IMG/VR virus record: IMGVR_UViG_3300033997_000243
Span: 248,001 to 312,000 of that record
Length of the DNA stretch: 64,000 nt
Strand: one strand, 5' to 3'
Positions 56,381-64,000 of the stretch are shown one piece after another; positions within the stretch are counted from its first letter, which is position 1; each line of letters opens with the position of its first letter. Under the pieces are notes generated by a model, which had not been told where the DNA came from, made no database searches, and saw nothing but the letters and a program-made list of their open reading frames with translations. Position numbers and translations under genes: made by a program.

Positions 56381-57169
56381 CTAAACTAAAAGGCGAGGGA
56401 AATTCAAAAGATTTTCACAGGCCACTAAAGCTTTAGACCACATTTCGAGTTGGTCAAAATACTTTTCGTTAAGTTCTTCACGAGTGAACCAGCCAAGGAA
56501 GTTTAACTGTTCTTCAATTTCAAGAACATCAGCATCTTTGACCTCAACAACATAAACAAGTGCAAGATGACGACAATCAACTGGAACAGCACGACTTGTA
56601 ATTATGGTATGCAAACGAGTACCATAAGTGCGCTCCATATAAGTATCGTGATCCAAGGTTTCAGAATAACCTACAATGTTGTGTTGATCTATTCCAAACT
56701 CTTCGTCAAGTTCACGTAGCGTACTGCTAACAAGAGTAGAAGGAATATCCAAAGAATCTTTTTTGTACTCATGGCGATCAACATTAACTGTAGCACCAAA
56801 ATACGCACACTCGGCCATTTCAATATGGCCACCAAAGCCAATACTTAATTTGCCGTGAAGTTGACCTTCAGTTCCTTTTGGTGTACGTGCGTACAAAGCA
56901 AATTTTCCGTCATGCACAACAGGGATATACGGAATAAAATGTCTGTGTTTAATTGGAGTGAAACGATCTTCAGTATCATCCAATAGTTCGCGTGAAGCAC
57001 CAAACAAATAAAGCGGGTTAAAAAGTTCGGCAAACGAAGCGGTGTGTTCGGTAACAATGATAGAGTTTGGCAAACGAGGATCTAAAGATTCAGAAGGATT
57101 TGCCATGTGTTCATCAAGGTAAGCATCGAACTTAGGGTCTAAAGTACCTAAAATTAATTCTGTACGCAT
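56381..57169 (-). CDS. Nudix-family hydrolase
   Basis: HFIPY...YAR...E..LHGKLSIGFGGHIE...RELDEEFGI...HLALVY...LEMWS. Confidence 0.85.
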   Translation of the reverse strand: MRTELILGTLDPKFDAYLDEHMANPSESLDPRLPNSIIVTEHTASFAELFNPLYLFGASRELLDDTEDRFTPIKHRHFIPYIPVVHDGKFALYARTPKGTEGQLHGKLSIGFGGHIEMAECAYFGATVNVDRHEYKKDSLDIPSTLVSSTLRELDEEFGIDQHNIVGYSETLDHDTYMERTYGTRLHTIITSRAVPVDCRHLALVYVVEVKDADVLEIEEQLNFLGWFTREELNEKYFDQLEMWSKALVACENLLNFPRLLV

Positions 57170-57179
57170 TTCAAATTCC

Positions 57180-57893
57180 TTAAGCTTTAAGCGCGTAAGT
57201 TTCGTCGCCAGCGGATTCGTCAGATTCTGGAGAAAGACCTAAAGCGTTTTCAACAGAACCTACTTGAGAAGAATCAATTGCAACAGATTCTTTTGTTTCA
57301 ACTTGATCCGCTGTTGGATCGTAACCATCAGGGCCACCACAACAACCGTCTGATCCAATTGGGCCTTCAGATCCATCAACAGAAGTAGATGGAGGAACAG
57401 GAAGATTTGAAAACATTTTCAACAGTGCCATTGCACCAGCTTCCCACGCAGCAATAACTTCAGGACGTTGAAGATTGTATTCAGGTAAATCAGCACCAGA
57501 GTAAACTGACTTCCAATTTGTTGCATCACAATAAGCATTGTAAACTACTTCACCCAATGAAAGTGGAGTACCTTCAGATTGCAAGGAAAAGGTTCCATTT
57601 GAGTTGGGTAAAAGTTTTGGAAATTGTGTCGCTGGAGAATGTGCAGAATAGTAATGACTGGCCCAAACTTCTTTAGCAGGTTTGTCATTAACTGTAATTG
57701 GATCTGATTCTGCATCCATTTCAGCGCCACCTTTCACATTATGAAAGGTTTTGTATGCAACTATTGCAGCATAATTAACAAGTTGGTCTGAAGTAAATTC
57801 ATAAACTTGTTTATCGTGTGAGAAATTTTCACGATCAGCACTTTCCAAAGCAAGTGCTTTGCTAAAAGCAAACGATGTGTTTTCGTAGGACAT
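57180..57893 (-). CDS. hypothetical protein
   Basis: Start moved to ATG 57893 (MSYEN) with GGAG RBS, removing the overlap with recA. Confidence 0.8.
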   Translation of the reverse strand: MSYENTSFAFSKALALESADRENFSHDKQVYEFTSDQLVNYAAIVAYKTFHNVKGGAEMDAESDPITVNDKPAKEVWASHYYSAHSPATQFPKLLPNSNGTFSLQSEGTPLSLGEVVYNAYCDATNWKSVYSGADLPEYNLQRPEVIAAWEAGAMALLKMFSNLPVPPSTSVDGSEGPIGSDGCCGGPDGYDPTADQVETKESVAIDSSQVGSVENALGLSPESDESAGDETYALKA

Positions 57894-57945
57894 AATAAAT
57901 CTCCAAGTCGATTTGTTAGGATAGGCGGCTGTTAACCGCCTATTT

Positions 57946-60177
57946 TTATTCGTCATCAGTATCGATTTTTTCTTTACTGCGTTTGACGATTTGATCTTTG
58001 TAGCGTTTCGGGCCTTTTCCACTTGCACAATGTTTAGAACACCATGTACGAATGTTTCCAGCTTTCTTCAAACCAACTCGCTCACAAACTTCGGTGATTT
58101 GTTTTTTACTACCAAGAACAAGAACTTTGAAATCTTCAAAGCTTAATTTTTTCGCACCATGCAGTGGAACATCTGGATGGAACTTTAAGTTGTTTCTTGT
58201 TCCATCTACATACCCAAGTTGTTTTAAATACTCAAAGGTATCAAAAACTGGATCGAATCCACGAGCACGACCGTCACCATCAGTAACCCAAACACGCGCC
58301 CAAACTTCACGGTTAGGAATACCACCGAGTTTGTTTTTGACAGTACGCAAACAGATGAAACGATAAATATCTTTACCGCCTTCAACAGTCACAGAATTTT
58401 CTTCCATGATACCTTTATCAAGAACAAAACCGTAAGGTGCAGATCCACGAGAAGTAGATTTTATACGAACGTCTGAGTTATGGCTAACAATTCCGTTAGT
58501 GATAATTGTATGCGTGTCAGGCATGTTTGCATCGTAAGTCTGCTCAGCTTCTTGATATTCAATATCGACAATTTCGTCAGTAAGATAATCGACATCGCAA
58601 GAAAGATCCAAGACAGAAACAGTATAAAAGTTCTCTACCTTTTCTAACTTTGAAAATACACAACTATCAAGAAGTAGTAACTGGAAATCTACTGCGTGTT
58701 GGTAGTGTCTGTGGGTATTAGTTACAGAACTATATCCTTTAATATAAGCACTAACAAGATCGGAAGATCCTGTCCTTATATTAAATGGAACTCCATGTAA
58801 GGAATCCAACTGACCTAAACCTACCTTGACGCCTGTATTATAAGCATCTTGATAATCAAGATCAGAATTGCTTGATACAGGTCTAGTAATTTCGTTTGAT
58901 GGTTTAATCAAAACAAATTTACCAACAGTCAAAGAATCAAGTCTAGCAAATTGATAGTTACTTGGTGATTTAGCTTGGTCATTAGCTAAAACCTGATGTC
59001 CATGTTTGCCGCGCAGTGTATAGCCATTTGATGTAGTAATTTTAATGATATTATCTACACCAGTATCGTCGAAGATTGTCGGAGATTCCAAACCGCATTT
59101 ACCTTGAATTTTAGGTAAAGAGTGTCTGAATTTTTCGTAGTATTCTTCAACAGATACCAACCCAAGTTCTGTTCTGATTCGAGTTTCAGGTGCCAGACAG
59201 AAAAATTTGAGCGCTTCCCCGGAAGGCTCATACTCAGGATTACCGTGCATAACAGCAGGACGTAAACGTAATTGGTTTACACCAAAAACAGTCATACGTT
59301 TTTTACGCATACCGCTTCGTACTTTTTTAATACCAGCAGCGTGCATACGTGCTTGTTCTGCCATAGCTTCATTACGATCATCATCATCTAAGCCTTCAGG
59401 CAACATGGCCGGATAACTATCAACGATTGATACTGCTTGCATAAAGCCATCTGGAGCAGGAATACGAATTTTATTTGTTTTAGTCAAATACTTGACATCG
59501 TACTTACCAGAAAACTTCTTTTTGTTTTCTTGCGTATGTTCGTAAACATACCAATACTTATCACCGATTTTTTGTACGTCAGGCAGTGCGCGACGAAGTT
59601 TTGCTTGGTAACGATAAAAATCTTCGCCAACATCAGGCATGTAGTAACGAATTTTTGGTTTAATCAACCAAGAACCAGTATCGTCATCTTTGATACCGAA
59701 TATTGTAGTAGCATCAGATTTTAATCCAAGCGCTTCCATCATGTTACCGATATATTCAATGTCGGTAGAGCCTTCGTAATCAAAAATACTGGCAGCAATT
59801 TTTCTGTTTAATTCATCAATAGCATTCTGAATCATACAGAGAAGAGTCATTGTCAATGTCGATTTACAGCTTTGTTCACCACCATAAATAGTGTACCAAC
59901 CGCCACCAACAATACCGCCATTAAGAAGTAAATCAAGAGCCAACAGCCCTGTGGACAATCTTTTTTCATCACGGTCAACCAAACTGCTTGAAAGGCCATA
60001 TTTCTTTTCAACACCATCAAGCAAATCATCGATGTCGTCAGCAGGAGAATAACCACGAGCATCTTCAATAGCAGAGTCTACAATTTCTTTGGCAGACTTG
60101 CCTTTTGATTTACCCTTTTTCTTTGACTCTTCTACAGCAACGTCATCATCAATGTCTAACTTTTTCTTTTTAGCCAT
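57946..60177 (-). CDS. recA: RecA/UvsX recombinase with intein
   Basis: STGLLALDLLLNGG, IYGGEQSCKST, IVDS, MAEQARM, VNQLR, GNPEYEPSGEALKFF|SDVR, VKNK. Confidence 0.93.
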   Translation of the reverse strand: MAKKKKLDIDDDVAVEESKKKGKSKGKSAKEIVDSAIEDARGYSPADDIDDLLDGVEKKYGLSSSLVDRDEKRLSTGLLALDLLLNGGIVGGGWYTIYGGEQSCKSTLTMTLLCMIQNAIDELNRKIAASIFDYEGSTDIEYIGNMMEALGLKSDATTIFGIKDDDTGSWLIKPKIRYYMPDVGEDFYRYQAKLRRALPDVQKIGDKYWYVYEHTQENKKKFSGKYDVKYLTKTNKIRIPAPDGFMQAVSIVDSYPAMLPEGLDDDDRNEAMAEQARMHAAGIKKVRSGMRKKRMTVFGVNQLRLRPAVMHGNPEYEPSGEALKFFCLAPETRIRTELGLVSVEEYYEKFRHSLPKIQGKCGLESPTIFDDTGVDNIIKITTSNGYTLRGKHGHQVLANDQAKSPSNYQFARLDSLTVGKFVLIKPSNEITRPVSSNSDLDYQDAYNTGVKVGLGQLDSLHGVPFNIRTGSSDLVSAYIKGYSSVTNTHRHYQHAVDFQLLLLDSCVFSKLEKVENFYTVSVLDLSCDVDYLTDEIVDIEYQEAEQTYDANMPDTHTIITNGIVSHNSDVRIKSTSRGSAPYGFVLDKGIMEENSVTVEGGKDIYRFICLRTVKNKLGGIPNREVWARVWVTDGDGRARGFDPVFDTFEYLKQLGYVDGTRNNLKFHPDVPLHGAKKLSFEDFKVLVLGSKKQITEVCERVGLKKAGNIRTWCSKHCASGKGPKRYKDQIVKRSKEKIDTDDE
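58477..59199 (-). mobile_element. intein (241 aa) in RecA, degenerate LAGLIDADG remnant
   Basis: Starts CLAPETRI, block B G..GHQV, block F TYD, ends NGIVSHN followed by Ser. Confidence 0.92.
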
Positions 60178-60193
60178 TTTAAGAATCCAAGTT

Positions 60194-60215
60194 AGCGGCC
60201 AGTTTATTGGCCGCT
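60194..60215 (-). terminator. hairpin / terminator candidate between ssb and recA
   Basis: AGCGGCCA/TGGCCGCT stem. Confidence 0.5.
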
Positions 60216-60258
60216 CATTAAAACAAAATGCAGTTAACTAAATTTAATAGTCAAACAA

Positions 60259-61290
60259 CTATTTCTTTTTCTTCAGTTTTGAAGTTGTTTTCTTAACAGG
60301 CTTCTTGCCGGACTTTTTAGCAGGTTGGTCATCTTCGTCATCAAACTTTGAAGTTTTCTTGACAGGTTTCTTTTTCTTGGTCGGTTTGTCATCTTCATCT
60401 TCGTCGAATTTTGAAGATTTTTTACCAGACTTTTTCAGTGGCTTCTTGCCGGATTTTTTCTTGCTGCCAAGAGAATCTTCATCCTCTTCTTCATCTTCGT
60501 CATCGATGTCAGTACCACCAACAACTTTCATGCGTTTGAAATCTTCGTCGGCTTCTTCCTGTGATTTAATGCCAAGCTTTTCTACCAGTGAAGCATCTAA
60601 ACACCAAACAAGATATTTTGATTCTTCTTCTGTGATTGGAGAAAGTTCACCACGGTCAATGCTGTATTTATCACCACCAGCTTTATCATTGTCAAAGTTG
60701 ATTGCAAGATCAATACCGTACTTAGGATGGGTGATTGGGAAAGATTCTTTCTCACCAGTTTTCTTGTTTTTATGGATATTGCGCTTTTCGGCCTTCTGAA
60801 TTTTTTCAGCTAAAGAACCAGGAAGTGCAAGAACTCGAACAGGTGTCCAAGTTTTACTGCCTTGTTGAATAAAGCCAGTTTTCTTTTCTTCTGCCGAAAG
60901 TTTTTGTTTCATTGCAGCACGAGGCATGTCAGCTTGCAAGTCACGAACAATAGCGTTCGCATAATACTTAACGCTTGTTTGACAAGCTCCATCTTCGCCT
61001 TGAGAAAGTGAACAATATGGGCACGTTACACCTTTGCGTGGAACTTTTTCGTTTGTAGGATCAAATGCAATACACCAACGACTTACCTTGATTTCTTTGT
61101 TGTCTTTACCAGCAATGATTTTAATCCAGTGCTGTTTTAACGGCAGGATAGGAGTTTGTAAAAAACGAAATTCTGAAAAGTCTTGATTGGACACAAATTT
61201 GTGCATACCCAATACTTCGTCAATTCGAGCCTCGTCTTTGTACTTACTGTTTCCTGCTTTTGGGTCTATACTACCAAAACCACTTGCCAT
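60259..61290 (-). CDS. single-stranded DNA-binding protein (T4 gp32-like)
   Basis: FRFL, H-W, C...CPYC Zn ligands, KYYANAIVR, PITHPKYGIDL, KYS; adjacent to recA. Confidence 0.7.
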   Translation of the reverse strand: MASGFGSIDPKAGNSKYKDEARIDEVLGMHKFVSNQDFSEFRFLQTPILPLKQHWIKIIAGKDNKEIKVSRWCIAFDPTNEKVPRKGVTCPYCSLSQGEDGACQTSVKYYANAIVRDLQADMPRAAMKQKLSAEEKKTGFIQQGSKTWTPVRVLALPGSLAEKIQKAEKRNIHKNKKTGEKESFPITHPKYGIDLAINFDNDKAGGDKYSIDRGELSPITEEESKYLVWCLDASLVEKLGIKSQEEADEDFKRMKVVGGTDIDDEDEEEDEDSLGSKKKSGKKPLKKSGKKSSKFDEDEDDKPTKKKKPVKKTSKFDDEDDQPAKKSGKKPVKKTTSKLKKKK

Positions 61291-61328
61291 TATTTTTCTC
61301 CGAGAATTGTATGAAGCTTCATCTTATT

Positions 61329-61336
61329 ATTTACAG
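61329..61336 (-). promoter_or_regulatory. class II candidate promoter motif CTGTAAAT
   Basis: AAACTGTAAATA 39 nt upstream of ssb start; overlaps upstream stop codon. Confidence 0.55.
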
Positions 61337-62350
61337 TTTAGACAGAGTATGCCGTTCCATTAACTCTAGCTCTGCCTCAGTAAATACCTCTGGTATCTCA
61401 AGCGTAAGTCTGGCCAATCCAAAAGGATCTGCTCTTTTTGCCATGAGATATAATCGCCTTAGTTCATGATCGACAGCATGTTCATCAGAAAGATCTTCTG
61501 TTTCTGCCGTAAGTAATTCATGTAAATTTCCATCTTCATCTTCACCCTGAGAAAGTAAGGTGTCCATTGAAGTTGAAAAGTTTACATTTGAACTATGACC
61601 ACCACTCAAAGTTTTCTTGTGGTTCTGTGGGATAACATAAGCTATTCCATATTCATGTTCAGAACTTGCACAAGTAAGACTGTTGAGAATCCAATACTTT
61701 ATATATGACGTTAAAGCGCCTTTGCTACTGTCATATTTGTTTAGTGCTACCACAACATTACGCAAAAAGTTTTGCACCACATCTTTGTAGTCGTAATTAT
61801 TTCCAGTGTTTGTATCAATCAAATGTTTTGCATGTGTATAACAAAACTTATGATACTGCTCAACAACACTGTTGAAATATTTGTAGAATAAGGCCAGATA
61901 CTCAGAAGGCTGAGTAATAGCAACGAAAACATCTTGTATACTATCTGCACCCAAAAGAGCTTTGTAAGGAACCATCCGATCACGATAAAAAATTCTTCGC
62001 TTTGGTTCGCTCATATAATGGAAATAAAGTTCCATGTATACGTCTTTGTATTCGGCTAAAAATTTCTTTATGAAAACATGAACAAAAGATCTTTCGATCT
62101 TGAGTTTTTTGATCAGCTCGAACTTACGAATGCGGTCAGGACAAACTATGGCTTGTGCCAAAATGTCTATGGTCTGAGATCTTTCAAGAGCACAAAACTT
62201 TCGTTTTTTGTTTTTTATAACAGCGGTTAGTAAATAGATAAGTTGACTGTCAAAGACATTTGTATGGATCACTATTGGTTCAAGTGCTTTATATAAAAGC
62301 GTGTCCATTATTTCTTGTATTTGACCGCCTGTTAAATTTTCTTTACTCAC
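61331..62350 (-). CDS. divergent sigma70-family factor
   Basis: DVVQNFLRNVVVALNKYDSSKGALTSYIKYWILNSL matches sigma regions 2.2-2.4; SMDTLL resembles region 3.2; no obvious region 4 HTH. Confidence 0.7.
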   Translation of the reverse strand: MSKENLTGGQIQEIMDTLLYKALEPIVIHTNVFDSQLIYLLTAVIKNKKRKFCALERSQTIDILAQAIVCPDRIRKFELIKKLKIERSFVHVFIKKFLAEYKDVYMELYFHYMSEPKRRIFYRDRMVPYKALLGADSIQDVFVAITQPSEYLALFYKYFNSVVEQYHKFCYTHAKHLIDTNTGNNYDYKDVVQNFLRNVVVALNKYDSSKGALTSYIKYWILNSLTCASSEHEYGIAYVIPQNHKKTLSGGHSSNVNFSTSMDTLLSQGEDEDGNLHELLTAETEDLSDEHAVDHELRRLYLMAKRADPFGLARLTLEIPEVFTEAELELMERHTLSKL

Positions 62351-62384
62351 ATAGAATCCTTTAACATTAAGCCCTTACCCTAGT

Positions 62385-62392
62385 ATTTACAG
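62385..62392 (-). promoter_or_regulatory. class II candidate promoter motif CTGTAAAT
   Basis: AAAACTGTAAATA 35 nt upstream of sigma-like gene, just after a terminator. Confidence 0.6.
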
Positions 62393-62413
62393 TTTTACAA
62401 AAGCAGAGGCAAT

Positions 62414-62443
62414 AAAAAAAGGCAGCTTTTTAGGGCCGCCTTT
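62414..62443 (-). terminator. intrinsic terminator
   Basis: AAAGGCGGC/GCTGCCTTTTTTT on minus strand. Confidence 0.8.
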
Positions 62444-62450
62444 AACATTG

Positions 62451-63137
62451 CTATTGATTACTTTCTGACTTGGCTGAAATAAGCAGTCGTGCTTTCTTTG
62501 CATACAGTGTAATGTGTGTACGTAGAATATACATGCGTGTATCTGCATTATTCAAAGATTCTTTTTGCGATTTGTCATAGTTTTCAGCGGATTCTTTTAT
62601 ACCGCAACTTTTGAATGTTTCATCGGTAGAAAGAAAGAACGTACTTAATAACCAGCACAAGGTTCGCTTACCATTCGCATATTCACGAATACGTTTGGTT
62701 GCATCAACATCAGTAAAACAAGAGGTAAAGAAATCGCACACCCAATCGTTAATCGCATCACTTTCGCGTTGACGCTCAGCTCTTTGCACAACTTGTTGAG
62801 AACTTACGTTGGCTTGACTACGCGCAAGTTCAAGATCTTTCTTGCTTTGTTCAGCATTGATCTTGGCTTCATACTCTAAAGTTTTTACTCGCTCAGTAAG
62901 ACTCATTGCAAGTTGTTGCGTTGTTTTAAGAATTGTAAGTTCTTCAACTAATCGATTGTTTGCCGCGAATAACATTTCTTGTAGAACCGAAACTTTGTTG
63001 CAACTGATAGAAAGATCATTACTTTGTTTTTGAATAATGAAATTTTTATCACTAACAAGAGTTTCCAATTTGCTCACTTGATTTGAAAGATCAGAGATCA
63101 ATTTCATTTCTTGTGTTACGCCTTTAGTTTCTTCCAC
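62451..63137 (-). CDS. coiled-coil hypothetical protein
   Basis: Probable GTG start at 63137 after AGGAG. Confidence 0.75.
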   Translation of the reverse strand: MEETKGVTQEMKLISDLSNQVSKLETLVSDKNFIIQKQSNDLSISCNKVSVLQEMLFAANNRLVEELTILKTTQQLAMSLTERVKTLEYEAKINAEQSKKDLELARSQANVSSQQVVQRAERQRESDAINDWVCDFFTSCFTDVDATKRIREYANGKRTLCWLLSTFFLSTDETFKSCGIKESAENYDKSQKESLNNADTRMYILRTHITLYAKKARLLISAKSESNQ

Positions 63138-63148
63138 TTGTATTTCTC

Positions 63149-63430
63149 CTAGCAATCACATTTTGGTTTTAATTTGTGAGGTATTGGTTTCGCTTCGCTA
63201 ACTGCTCCGCATATTGTGCATTTATTGATCCAACCATCTGCCGTAACTGATGTAGTGCAATTAGCGCAAGCTGATTGACCTGTCGGCCCAGTTAATGGTT
63301 TAGCTTGAGCAACTGAATCACTACCGATAGAAGTGACCAACTTTTTTGCACCACTAGCTATTTTGTCTGTAATGTTTACTGCAAAAGATTTAATTGCTGC
63401 CCTACGTCTAGCGCAACCTGAACAAGCCAT
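63149..63430 (-). CDS. small Cys-rich protein
   Basis: MACSGC...CANC...CTIC...CDC. Confidence 0.75.
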   Translation of the reverse strand: MACSGCARRRAAIKSFAVNITDKIASGAKKLVTSIGSDSVAQAKPLTGPTGQSACANCTTSVTADGWINKCTICGAVSEAKPIPHKLKPKCDC

Positions 63431-63440
63431 TTTATATCAC

Positions 63441-64000
63441 CTACCAATTTTTCTTAACTAATTCTTCGGCCAACGCAACACAGTGTTTGCATAAACCAAC
63501 TGCATTTCCAGGATTGGTAAAAGTCGGTGGATCACCATTACCATAAACCAATTTACTTGCGCCATGTAAAGCATTTGCGTATTCCCAAGTAAAAACATAG
63601 TTTTCGCACGGACAGCTTACAAGAACTCGACGCTGTTTATTAATCGGATCTGTTTGACTATCAAGTCCAATTATATAAAGCTTGTGATCTCTTCTTGTTT
63701 TATTCGGACGATAAGGATCTACGGAATAGGCAACTGCTTCAACAGCAGGTAATCCACTTTTAGTTTTCTTACGAACCAATTTGCTTATAATAACGTGCTT
63801 GGCGTTATGTTTGAAAAGTGGTGGAGTACCACGCAACAATTCTTTCAAGCTTTTACCTTTACGTGTAAGAACTGTGTCAGGTAATTGTTGAACAATGCCA
63901 GCATTTTGTTTTAATGGAACGACACGGACAACTCGATCTTTAAGTTCAATTCTTTTTGTCTTAGCTTTGTCAGCTGAAGTAGGTTTCTTTTGCGCTGTTT
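63441..64000 (-). CDS. SWIM-type Zn-finger protein (5' end outside window)
   Basis: VSCPCENY...LCKH; frame is open to the window edge. Confidence 0.8.
   Translation of the reverse strand, partial: TAQKKPTSADKAKTKRIELKDRVVRVVPLKQNAGIVQQLPDTVLTRKGKSLKELLRGTPPLFKHNAKHVIISKLVRKKTKSGLPAVEAVAYSVDPYRPNKTRRDHKLYIIGLDSQTDPINKQRRVLVSCPCENYVFTWEYANALHGASKLVYGNGDPPTFTNPGNAVGLCKHCVALAEELVKKNW

Overview
AT-rich (roughly 36% GC by eye), gene-dense segment of a large dsDNA tailed bacteriophage. It is jumbo-myovirus-like, and the tRNA-Gly and FliA-like gene point to a gammaproteobacterial host (inference). Essentially every gene is on the minus strand. Recognisable genes: 5'-3' exonuclease (partial), portal, intein-containing large terminase, DnaB helicase, HNH protein, two-subunit type IIA topoisomerase, NADAR, UvsE, a FliA-like sigma, two further divergent sigma-like proteins, 2OG-Fe(II) oxygenase, thymidylate kinase, tRNA-Gly(TCC), Nudix hydrolase, intein-containing RecA, gp32-like SSB and a SWIM Zn-finger protein. 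Four unexplained structures stand out. (1) A ~2.6 kb island around the tRNA (53.3-56.0 kb) is packed with long, minus-strand-favoured RNA helices and is a candidate cluster of undescribed large ncRNAs. (2) A 21.5-30.6 kb cluster encodes extremely basic and extremely acidic low-complexity proteins that share a Rho-N/HeH-like module and a DF(D/E)FE tail, while core enzymes carry Lys-rich terminal tags; this is a candidate electrostatic nucleoid/compartment system. (3) Nine copies of a promoter module have a conserved GTGTGTCAAAAA box 29-30 nt upstream of the -10, often enclosing a terminator hairpin. (4) Two further candidate promoter classes (CTGTAAAT, TAATTTAAGGGTA) could correspond to the phage sigma factors. 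All calls come from motif recognition by eye; no database searches or folding programs were run.
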